From contig OZ251231.1 of the NCBI GenBank assembly GCA_965240325.2, forward strand, positions 1,984,001 through 2,048,000: a stretch of DNA of 64,000 nucleotides. Reading direction: 5' to 3'. Below the pieces are notes generated by a model. It was not told where the DNA came from, did no database searches, and was given only the letters and a program-made list of their open reading frames with translations. This DNA comes from Rebecca billardiae RCC1528 (Eukaryota; Protista; Haptophyta). Positions 12,878-23,809 of the stretch are shown here, one piece after another. The translations under genes and the position numbers were made by a program. Numbering within the stretch: position 1 is the first letter of the stretch; each line of letters begins with the position of its first letter.

Positions 12878-15536
12878 CCGGCCCGGGGAACTTACAGTCA
12901 GACGCTCTGAATCGGCCCCCTCGCTCAGAGCGCTCTGAGCGAGGGGCCGATTCAGAGGGTTTTCCGCCCGCCCCACTGGCGAGCGCGGTGCGGGACGCAC
13001 ATCGCACTGGGGCGGTGCTCAGCACTGCACTCACGGCGCGCCGCGATGTGTTCGGGCGGTGGACGGGGCTGAATCGGCCGAGAGTGACGGTGCGATGGGC
13101 CGTGGTGACTCTGCCATCACCCAGTGATCTCGTGCGGTGCCAGCTCGCCCTTCGCTTCGTCGCCACTCGCACTCGCACCAGTCGCGTGCGCCCATGGCTT
13201 GCCTTTCGCGCGCTGTGTTCCCGCGCAGTGTGTGCTTGGCAGCAGGGTGCTGGTGGCCGGTGGTTGCCGGCGCGGAGGAACGAAATGTTCGCAGCTACGC
13301 TACATCCCAGACGCTATGTGCCCGTCCTCGTCGAGCGATGGACAGACACGCGTGTCGCGCATGCGCTCGCGGAAGCAGGCTGCACAGCGGCGCGCGGGCC
13401 TGGCTGCACGCGCAGGACAAGCTGCACCACACAGCTGCCCCCGCCATGAGCCCCAGCTGCGTACGCACACCTCTTCCGTGTTGTCTGATCCGCCAGGCCG
13501 ACACCGCGCGGAGACTGCGTGAGACACCGACAGTCAGCGGCCACGGCGCACACCGGTCACTGGCACATGCGGCGGCGCGCAGCAGCTGATGCAGCCGTTG
13601 CTTCGATTGATGAAACAGCAACAGCGCCGGTGGCAGTCGCCCCATCGCTGCCGCTGGCACACCCGCACTTGCTGACATATCGCCAACAGCACTCGCAGCC
13701 CTTGCACCTCCGGCAGCTGTGGCTCGACGATCGGCTGAGCGGCGGCAATCTGAGGACACTGTCGTCCGAGCAGCCGCGCGGGAAGGTGCTTCGGGGGGTC
13801 GCTGTCGCGGGAGTCCTGCTCCAAGCAGCTGCTGCAGATGCTGCGGCTGGGACAGCAACTGTTGTGGCTCGCGTTGGCAGCTTCAACGCAGCCGTACCAG
13901 CGTTATGAGGGGAGATGACTTGCTGTGGATTGGGATTTTATGCAGCCTCTTTTTACATTCCGCCTTGCAGGGATTTTAAATTTAAAAAATCCAGCTTGAG
14001 CAGAGTCCGAGACTTGGCGTTTGCAGAAGCTGTGCAGCAGGGCTCAACTCGTCACCGCGTACAGCGTCGGCGCTCGGAGCCTTAGGAGGAGTTCGTACCC
14101 GCCGGGCGTGGTGGGCGTGTCCCGCCCGGCGCGCAGCTTAGCGCTGTACGTGGGCGAGACAGCCCCTTCCGCGTCTGGCACTTCGGCGGCGGTGCCGATG
14201 GTGGAGGCCGCTCGCCGCGCGCGCCTGACGGCAGCACCTCAAGCAGCGCTGACCCATGCGCATGCGGACGGGTGCGGCAATGGCGGTGGGTTTCGCAACA
14301 TGCACAGCGTCAGACGCTCGGCACCAGGTCCGCTCAGCTGCAGCAATAGCACCATCGGTGCGGCGCCTGGCGCTCAGTGGGCGGCGTGTCGGGCGGATGC
14401 AGATGCACTTGCCGTCTGAATCAGGACGCCGGGCATGCGTGCCGAAGCAGTTCGCCCCAGCGCGCGCACTCGCAGAGTGAGAACGGCCGCCCTGCCGGCC
14501 GGAGGCCAATGCACTCGCCTGGCGGCTGCCGGCGCACGGTAGGCCAGGGCAAACGTAAAGCACCCGAAAGCACCACGGCGGTGGTGACCGAGCTCACTAC
14601 CACGGGCGGTGGCGCGGCCGATGTCGCGAGCGTGAGCGCAAGCGTGGCCGTGAGCAATGCGAGCAGCGCGAGGGAGGCGTGGCGCGGTCGCGCCCGCCCT
14701 TCCGACGAGGAACGAGGGCTTTCTTGCGCGAGGGGTCCCCAACGGCAGGTTGCAGCGATGTCGCGCCATCGCTTAGCGCACCGACGTTGCCAGCCGGTCG
14801 ACGTGGCCATCGCTTCCGAGAGAAAGCTGTAAGCCAGATTGCTGCCGCACGCAACCGTGTGCGCTGTGGCCGCTGACTGTTGGTGTCTCACGCACGCAGT
14901 CTCCGCACCGTGTCGGCCTGGCGGATCAGACAACAAGGAAGAGGTGTGCGTACGCAGCTGGGGCTCATGGCGGGGGCAGCTGTGTGGTGCAGCTTGTCCT
15001 GCGCGTGCAGCCAGGCCCGCGCGCCGCTGTGCAGCCTGCTTCCGCGAGCGCATGCGCGACACGCGTGTCTGTCCATCGCTCGACGAGGACGGGCACATAG
15101 CGTCTGGGATGTAGCGTAGCTGCGAACATTTCGTTCCTCCGCGCCGGCAACCACCGGCCACCAGCACCCTGCTGCCAAGCACACACTGCGCGGGAACACA
15201 GCGCGCGAAAGGCAAGCCATGGGCGCACGCGACTGGTGCGAGTGCGAGTGGCGACGAAGCGAAGGGCGAGCTGGCACCGCACGAGATCACTGGGTGATGG
15301 CAGAGTCACCACGGCCCATCGCACCGTCACTCTCGGCCGATTCAGCCCCGTCCACCGCCCGAACACATCGCGGCGCGCCGTGAGTGCAGTGCTGAGCACC
15401 GCCCCAGTGCGATGTGCGTCCCGCACCGCGCTCGCCAGTGGGGCGGGCGGAAAACCCTCTGAATCGGCCCCTCGCTCAGAGCGCTCTGAGCGAGGGGGCT
15501 GATTCAGAGCGTCTGACTGTAAGTTCCCCGGTGCCG
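12878..15536. repeat. ~670-bp inverted repeat pair (about 12878-13555 and 14855-15536) around a 1.3-kb spacer; possible long-TIR element
   Basis: The same peptides appear on opposite strands (13124 + vs 15290 -; 13137 + vs 15277 -). Each arm has a near-perfect ~53-bp palindrome centred on CAGAGCGCTCTG. No TSD found. Confidence 0.85.
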
Positions 15537-17778
15537 GCCTCATGATGATGATCAGGCCGGCAGCAACTTATTCGGAAAAGAAAAGGGAAAAGTACCGTTG
15601 GTGGCACTTCGCCGAAAATTTGGTACGGTTGGTGGCGGGTACCGTTGGTGGCACTCCAGCCCAAATTTGGGCCCGTTGGCAGTGGCAGTCGGCCGTGCGG
15701 CCGAAAACTTTCGCGCCTTCGCCGCGCGCGAGAAGGCCGGCGAGCAGGCCGGCACGCTGCGTTGGACGTGCGCGGCTCGCGCGCACGCGCGAGTGCAGGC
15801 CGTGTGTCAGTGGGCGCAGACTCAGCACGGCCGTGCACGCCATGTCGCGTGCCGCCGCCGTGCATGGCGCTCGCACAGCGCCACCATCGCGCCGTCACAT
15901 GCGAAAGCAGGGCGGCGGCGCGGCGCGGTGGTGGCGCGCGCCGGGTTGCGCGCACCGCCTCGTGGCAGTGTACGCGGTGGGTGGCGACGCGCGTGGCCCT
16001 TGCGAGGCGCGCAGCCGCGCGCTCCGTGAACGCGCCGCAATTGCGCGCGCGCACGGCCGTGCTGCGGCGCTGCGGCCCCACAGGGCTGTGCGCATTGCGT
16101 AATGGTGGCGGTGATGCGCGGCTCGGCGGGCGACAGCGCGCGTGGCCCGCGCGGGGCGCGCAGCCGTGCGCCCCGTGGACGCGCCGCCGTCGCGCGGCGC
16201 GCGCGCGGCCGCGCCGCGGCGCGTGCTCGCAATGGTGGGCCGGCCACGCATGCGCGTGTGCGTGCGTCGCGCATCAGCGCCAGAGCGCGCCGCCGGCGCG
16301 CGCAGGGCTGCGCGCACCACGTCAAGTGGTGCCCGCATGGCGGTGGTGATGCGCGGCGCGGCGGGAGACAGCGCGCGTGGCCCGTGTGAGGCGCGCAGCT
16401 GCACGTCCCGCAGAAGCGCCGCCATTGTGTGGGGCGCGCGCGGTGCGCACTCCGCCCAACGCGGTGCGCGCAGCCCGGCCCGCACTGGCGCCGCGGCGCG
16501 GCCGTGCGCGCGCCGTGCGATGGCGATGCGCACGCGCAATGGCGGTGCTCCCGCTGGGCGCGCGGCTGCGCGTGGCTGCGAGCCGCGCGCGGGCCACGCG
16601 CGCTGTCGCCCACCGCACCGCGCATCACCACCGCCACGCGGGCACCACTTGACGCGGTGCGCGCACCCCTGTGCGCGCCGGCGCGAGCGCACCACAATTG
16701 CATGCGGTTAGTGCGGGCCGGGCTGCGCGCACCGCGCTGGGCGGTTCCCGTCTCTTGGACGTAGTGCGCGGCGACAGCGCGCGTGGCCCCGCGGGGTGCG
16801 CAGCTGCGCGCCTCGCTGACGCGCTGCTATTGGCAGTGCGCGGCCGCAACGTAGTGGCGCCGGCTCGCGCTGATGGCCTGCGCACACCACGCGGTGTGCC
16901 GGCGCCTGTGCCGACGCCTCCGCCACCGGTGCCGCTGCGCTCCGCGCAGCTGCTGCCACCATCAGCTCAATCCACCACATCCGCCACCGCCACCGCCGTC
17001 GTTGCAGCCGCCCCCGCCGCCCCCGCCTCCGCCGCCTCGCTGCGAGCCGCAGCTGCTGCCACCCTGACTCACCTGAGCTCCACCACCGCCGCAGCCGGTG
17101 CCCCGGTGCCGCCGCAGCCACCCGCCGCGCAGCGGCTGCCAATTTCAGCCTCAGCCACCGCCTTAGCCGGTGCAGCCGCCGCCGCCACCGCCGCCGTCAC
17201 CCCCGCCCCCGTCCCCGCCGAGCGGCGCCGAGCGGCTGCTGCTGCCATCCTGAGCGCCGCCACCGCCGCCAATGGTGCCGCAGGTGCCGCCGTCGCCACG
17301 CGCAGCGCAGCGGCTGCCACCCTCAGCCACCACCTCAGCCGGTGCCGACGCCACCGCCACTACCGCCGCGCCGCTGCAGTCAGTGCCGCTGCCGCCGCGT
17401 GCCGCGAGGCAGCCCCCGTCCTCAACCTCCGTCACAGCAGCAGCAGCCACTTCAGCTGTACCGCCGCCGCCGCCGCCGTTGCACGCAGCACTGCTGCCAC
17501 CACAACTGCAGCTTGCAGCACCTGCTGATGGCTGCTCTGCAGGTCCAGCTGGCACGACTGCAGGCCGTTCAGCAGCGAATCGCTTAGACTCGGGGTCGCT
17601 GCTGTCCAGGAACTTCATCAGGCTGCTGGTGCTGTTGCCCACTGATGAGTCGTGGATGGTGAGATACACCAGAGGCCCATTTTGACCACATGCTCACCGC
17701 TGCTGGTGCGCAATCGCCATCGTCTGAGTACAGTGCCCTCAACAATTGACGATTAACCTTATTGTGTTTGACTGTTTA

Positions 17779-19884
17779 TGGCGCACGCCCCCCCCCCCCC
17801 GAAAGGTCTGAGCGTGAGCGAAAGCCGGGGGGGGGGGGGGGGGGGGCGGCGCACGTGCTCCGCAAAATCAAAAAGAGGATGCGCGCAGGATTTTGGGGAT
17901 TTTTCGGTAGGTGGCCACCGCGTATGAGTGGATATCGCTGCCGCAATGATTGCGTTTGTACTGCCCCTTAATTTTAACGATAGTAACACTTAGGGGAATG
18001 CAGAGTGGAATAGCACATAACACCAGCCGTGTGTTAGAACATTCCGTCATAGTAACAGATGCCTGAATTGTAAGAGCCTGAAACAGCTCGCCAACCATAG
18101 AAACGATAGGTTGGGTCGTCAGCTTTGATTCACGCGCTTCTGAAAAACAGCGTTTTAGATTAGACGCATCCCTCTTCTCTTAAGAGAACTGCGCTTCAAA
18201 AACACCGTTTCAACGAAAGACGATCGCCCGCCATTCAACTGAAACGAGATTCTGCATAAAGCGAACCAAACATTTGGTTCGGTGGCAATCCAATTCTTGT
18301 ATTTCAGATGAACGACACAGCCTGAAGGCGAACATTCTCGCTCTCGACCCATATGATCATTTGTTGATGAGGCCTGAATTCGCTCATCAACAATGATGGC
18401 AGCGACGCGATATGGTATTGCGCGGGTAGCTTGAATCGACGTTCCCGCGCGCCCTGGTTCATACGGTTATCAAGGTGGTAAAGTTTTATAATGGTACGAG
18501 CTAACGAACCGTCATTTCTGGGCTCTCTGCCTATCTCATCTCTGTCCGTTTTTGGACGGTTGTCGCCTTAATCACATACATATGCAAGTGCAAAGTTAAA
18601 TCATAGTAAACTGTAGTACGGGGTTCAGAGTGCGCAGCAGTGCAAGGTCGGGTTGCGAGGCGGCGCGGGGCTTGAGCCGTCGCAGAGCCTCCCCAGCCCG
18701 GATGGGATGGCCGTGTGTGTGCGCGAGCGCCCGCCTCGCGTCGCGCGCCCCGCGCGCAGAGCGCGCGCTCGGCCGCGCGCGACGCGGCGGAGTCGAGGCT
18801 GACGTATGCCCCTACGCAGGTTCACGGACCATAGGCTGCTCGTCATTCGTCCCGCGAACCGGCAGCGGGCAGCATCAGGCTCAACTTCCCAGTCGTCGCG
18901 GCTGACGACTTCACTCACGGACTTGGCAATCAATCCTTGATCGCGGTCCTTCAGCTGCGAGCGCCCGGCGCCACCGTGCCCGGCACCGGCTGGCTGCCGA
19001 CGACAGCGACCTGAGACGGCCGGACGGTGGTGCATGCTGCTCATTGCCGCGTCCGAATGTACGTGATGCAGAGCGCGTCACGGCCGGTCGTTCTATACGC
19101 GATAGAATTAGATCCGGCGCACTAGCCTAGGGCCGCACCGCCGGCCACCGGGTGTTCATCGTTGCCATTGGGCCCGGCGGTGCGGCGCGCGGCACCGGCC
19201 GGCGGTCCACTGCTGACACTCGTTCCGTCACGGCAGCTTCTAGGAAGCCAGTCGCGTGGGCATAGCGCGCCTCTCTGCCCGCGCGGCATGTGGGTGGGAT
19301 GATGTCAGGCTGCCGGATGTGACTGGCTTGGACCACTGACCAGGCTGCGGGAGCATGTCGCTGATGCATTCCAGAAGACTTCTCAGGGGAACCAGACGAT
19401 GACGGCACTCGTCGTGATCAGTCGAGTCGTCAAGTGATAATGACGCCAGAATCGTCGCGCCACGTGCCGGCACCGTTAGAAGGGCAGATGAACAACTCGC
19501 GCGTAGTCCCGCTGAGAGCGTATGTATGTACGGTATGGCTGCGGCTGCAACGCGCAGTCGTCTGACGCAGTCATCACTCGACGGATGCCTGACTGCCTGA
19601 CCGACGAGACGAGCCACAGGCTTAGATCTGCGAGCGGCGAGTCTGCACTCTCTGCGACGATGGCGAGGTGGCATAATAACATATGCTAGCCGCAGCTAGG
19701 CGGGCGACGCCGTGCTCCCCTCTCAGTCTAACCCGTGCTCGCAGTCGCCCTCGTGTACGGCGACGCGCCGGGCGCGCGCGCAACGTGATTCAGCAGTCGT
19801 GAAGAACGCGCGCGACAACTAGATACCAGGGCCGTGCGCCCTCAACTTCGTTGTTTACTACCCGAAGATCGGCGTAGCCGATCA
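17779..19884 (+). mobile_element. Helitron-like element, family Y copy 2 (both ends present)
   Basis: 5' end TA|TGGCGCACGCC. Subterminal inverse CGTGCGCC at 19833-19840. 3' hairpin GATCGGCGTAGCCGATCA|TA. The first ~680 bp match the reverse complement of 53760-54309. Confidence 0.8.
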
Positions 19885-20549
19885 TAATACCATCAGCTCT
19901 ATCACTGCTTGATAAGGCCCACTGCTGCATGCTATCTGTCACTTAGCGCGTATAGCCCTTACAGACCAGGTGGGTATATGAGCTGCATGGGCGGGTGATG
20001 TGTGGGCTGAGTCAGTCAGTAGAGAAATTGAGTGCTTAGGTAGTGCACAACCTGCTGACAGTGGGCAGGTGCTGTGAGGGGGCGCTGTACCACCACGATG
20101 GCAGGCAGGGATGGAAATAATCCACCCGGGCCCTGGCGCTGCAGCTGCATGGCCTTTGATACTGCCTAGCAGCCAGCCTAGCACTACAGCCTAGGGCCTG
20201 AGCAGTGCTACTTCAGTGCGCAGGCCACGTCTCTGCAGGGGTTGGTGGGGCGGAATGGCCCGGCCACAGTGCACTAGATGCACCTAGCCTGCCAGTGGCC
20301 CACCTGCTGATTGTTGTGTATGCCCTGTCGCACAGCACATAAGGCTCAGACGAAAATCTGCGGCGCACTGTGCTACTGTACACTCTGGGCTGAAAGAGGT
20401 GTGGGAGCCAACGGTCACGTCCGAGCTGGCCGGCTTCACATGCTGCCCAGAGGAGTCCTCCAATAGTCATCAACCCGGCTGACGTCATGATGCGTGGGTG
20501 GCTGGGTGCAGCTCGACCGAATGGAGAGTGCCTTAGCCGCAGGTGTCAG

Positions 20550-21175
20550 TCATGCAAGCCTAGGGCTGCCTAGGCAGCCAGGAGTAGGTGTAGTGATGTG
20601 CAGGTGTGCTCTCCAGAGGGTAATCAATTGTTGAGAGGACTGTACGTGCTCTTGCGGTAGCACATTGCGGGGATGGAAGGCAGCAAACGTGCGTTCATCA
20701 GCGGTGGGAAATGCAGTCAGCAGCTGCTGCCCCACATATGCTGCTCCAAATGGGCTCTCTGGCTCAGCGCAGCTGAGCGCCAGGCTCCACCACTCCATGC
20801 TGCCAGCTGCACTGCACTGCAGTCCGAGCCAACATGAGGCTTGCACAGCTGGTCGTCGTTCCTGTGGCCCACTCAAAAGTGGTCCCGCTTGAGACGCTTG
20901 CTCAGCTCTGCAGGAAGTGCACCACCCCTCACAAGCGACCGCTTAACTGCGTGCACCAACGCCCGCAGCTGAGCCCACACCTTCAGGGCTGACTTGGCCT
21001 TGGCTGATGGCACAAGCACACAGTGCTGCTTCTGCACTTGATTGAATGCCCTTGCAGCCTCCTGTTGCACAACATCGACGCCATCTGCTCTGCAGGCGAG
21101 CTCCACTGAAGTCAACGAGTCCACAGCAGAGTAGCCAACAGCCTTGAAGTGGGGCCCGCCTGCCTGCGTCCTCAC
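20550..21175 (-). pseudogene. Probable hAT transposase C-terminal (dimerization domain) remnant
   Basis: SMEWWSLA...YVGQQLLTAFPTADERTFA resembles the hAT WW...A..LL..P.S...ER.FS motif. The frame is broken. Confidence 0.5.
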
Positions 21176-22676
21176 AAACTATAGTGCCACCTCAGACTCA
21201 CCAGCTGCACCAAATGAGAATGCATGCATGGCTTGTCGACATTTCCCTGCCTCAGTCCCATGCGATTGCGGCGCGTCCACGGGGCGCACGGCTGCGCGCC
21301 CCGCGCGGGCCACGCGCGCTGTCGCCCGCCGAGCCGCGCATCACCGCCACCATTACGCAATGCGCACAGCCCTGTGGGGCCGCAGCGCCGCAGCACGGCC
21401 GTGCGCGCGCGCAATTGCGGCGCGTTCACGGAGCGCGCGGCTGCGCGCCTCGCAAGGGCCACGCGCGTCGCCACCCACCGCGTACACTGCCACGGGGCGG
21501 TGCGCGCAACCCGGCGCGCGCCACCACCGCGCCGCGCCGCCGCCCTGCTTTCGCATGTGACGGCGCGATGGTGGCGCTGTGCGAGCGCCATGCACGGCGG
21601 CGGCACGCGACATGGCGCGCACGGCCGTGCTGAGTCTGCGCCCACTCACACACGGCCTGCACTCGCGCGTGCGCGCGAGCCGCGCACGTCCAACGCAGCG
21701 TGCCGGCCTGCTCGCCGGCCTTCTCGCGCGCGGCGAAGGCGCGAAAGTTTTCGGCCGCACGGCCGACTGCCACTGCCAACGGGCCCAAATTTGGGCTGGA
21801 GTGCCACCAACGGTACCCGCCACCAACCGTACCAAATTTTCGGCGAAGTGCCACCAACGGTACTTTTCCCAAAGAAAATCCCCACCCGAAATTCCTGCGC
21901 CCAGTGGCGACTGGCGAGGAACCATCGCCGAAGGCCCGCGCTCGATCGAGACGATGGCGGCGCTGGATTCCCCCGCGGCCCCCGGCCGCCTGGCCAAGCG
22001 TGCGTTGTGCGCGTACGTGCAACGGAGAGCGCTGGTGGGCTGGCAGCGCGCTGGCGCGCCACGTACCTTCGTGCTACGGTCCGTGCTTAATCCAACCGCG
22101 ACGGCAGGCGGACGCGGTGGCGCGGCGTCCGCGCCGCTCCCTGCGGGCTTGGTCAGCCCAGAGCGCACCGGTTGCGCTCGCCATCGCGGTGGCATGGTGG
22201 CCGAGCTTGCGGGCCGGCGTGGGGCGTCTGCTTCGGGGTGGGTGCGTCGCGAGCAGCGACGCGCCGACCGCCCTAGGCAGGGTGCCGCTCGTGCAGTCGG
22301 CGGCCGAGTCCCAGTCGGGAGTTACGAGCGTCCGAGGCAGTCCGTAGACGTCACGGTTGGCCGCGCCGACACGAGTCACGCGCGGTGGCGCTCGGCGCGA
22401 TGGCCCCCGCTTAGGCGGATATCATGTGATGACGGATGGGTGATGAAGACTACTGCTATGAAGGCCAGTCATTGCGCCGCAGGCGCGCTCTGCAGAGCTC
22501 TGGGACCACTTCCTGCACTGCGACGGCAAGGACATGGGGGGGGTGCTTCAACATGACTGCAGTATGACCGGGCGCGCCACCGGCCGGGGCCGGCCGGGAC
22601 GCCTCAGCAGCAAGGCGGGCAGCTAACGCAGCTTCCGATGGCTGTCAGCTCGTTTAACCGTCACCGGCATTGAACG

Positions 22677-23564
22677 ATGAGCACCGCGTGGCCCGAGTGG
22701 TTCGAGTTCGAGCGAGACGGCAGCGTCTCGCAGCGGACTCTTGACTATTGGCGGCTGTCCGAGGTCGAGTTTGCCCTCGCTCTCACAGCCTTCCTGATCG
22801 GTGTTGTCCTCCTGCTCGTGTGCCTTGCGTGCGGCTGCTACTACGCGTGCTGCCGCCGCCCACCCGAGCAGAAGTACGCGGACGAGGCCCCTCCGCCTGA
22901 GCCGATCCCTGAGCCCGTCCCTTTCCTGCCAGCGGCGAGCGAGGCCTCATTCGAGCCCTGGCCTGAGCCGGAGCCGGAGCCGGAGCCAGAGCCCACGCCG
23001 AAGCAGGCCGTGTATGACGGCGGCGAGGACAAGATCATCGCTGTCAACGGCCGGCCCGTCTCGCCCTCGGGCCACGGGCTCCCGCTGCCGTACACGCCCG
23101 CGAATATCACCCTCGTCGTCACGCCAAACGCACCGCCCGTCGGCGCTGTCTTGCTCCCCTCGCACACGGAAGAGGACCTGGCGGACGCCGGGGGCGGGGC
23201 ATACTCCTTTGTGGATGAGCAGGGGATGGGCATGCGCGCAGCCGCGGTGTCGGGGGCGCTCGAGGGCGCGGCGAGGGACGACTCGATGTGGGAGGCGGAC
23301 AAGATCTTCAACCTCGAGGAGAGAGTGCGTGCGCTCGAATCACAGCTCGCCGCCGCTCGCAGCGGGGGCGCGCTCACCACTTCACCGAGCTCGCTGCCCG
23401 GGGTCCCGAGCCAGCAGAGGGGCCGATCGGTGGCCTCGGCGCACGAGGCTGACCGTGCTGTCCAGCTGTACTATGCCCCGACCCCGCAGCAGGACGGCAT
23501 GGCGGCAGGCGGAATGCCCACGCGTACAGGCGCACCTCCGTACAGTCCGGTGGCACGACGATGA
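22677..23564 (+). CDS. Hypothetical single-pass membrane protein (TM, Cys-rich juxtamembrane segment, Pro/Glu-rich region, short coiled coil)
   Basis: 295-aa ORF with an ATG start. Hydrophobic FALALTAFLIGVVLLLVCL is followed by ACGCYYACC. Confidence 0.7.
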   Translation: MSTAWPEWFEFERDGSVSQRTLDYWRLSEVEFALALTAFLIGVVLLLVCLACGCYYACCRRPPEQKYADEAPPPEPIPEPVPFLPAASEASFEPWPEPEPEPEPEPTPKQAVYDGGEDKIIAVNGRPVSPSGHGLPLPYTPANITLVVTPNAPPVGAVLLPSHTEEDLADAGGGAYSFVDEQGMGMRAAAVSGALEGAARDDSMWEADKIFNLEERVRALESQLAAARSGGALTTSPSSLPGVPSQQRGRSVASAHEADRAVQLYYAPTPQQDGMAAGGMPTRTGAPPYSPVARR

Positions 23565-23809
23565 GCCGATGACCGATCACTCCCGGCGCAGGCCAGCGGA
23601 TATCTATGATGAGGCGTTACCGTCACCCCCGGGCGGGTCACCGATTCCGAATCCGGGACCGACGCCCGCCGACGGCACTTACACCACAGTGACCACTGTC
23701 AGGGCTCAGAGTCAGACTACACTGCGACGATGACTCAGCATAGCGTCGTCAGCATCAGTGGTCGTCAGTGATATGACGACGGATTAGAGGCCCGTGCTGT
23801 GATGTCTCA

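Larger units (their letters stand above)
15585..21870. mobile_element. hAT-like DNA transposon with ~600-bp TIRs and an 8-bp TSD; decayed, with element Y2 nested inside
   Basis: AAAGAAAA|GGGAAAAGTACCGTTGGTGGCAC...GTGCCACCAACGGTACTTTTCCC|AAAGAAAA. The arms are about 15585-16182 and 21269-21870. Confidence 0.85.

Noticed and set aside
11270-19884. One 8.6-kb TIR element bounded by the inverted hairpin ends at 11270 and 19884
   Set aside because: The 19884 end pairs with its own 5' end at 17779, as in Y3, and lies inside the hAT-like element. These are two 3' ends of oppositely oriented copies.
17779-19884. Fanzor/TnpB cargo in the Helitron-like elements
   Set aside because: I could not recognise RuvC or zinc-ribbon motifs in the ORF translations. 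A frameshift-aware HMM search is needed to exclude decayed copies.
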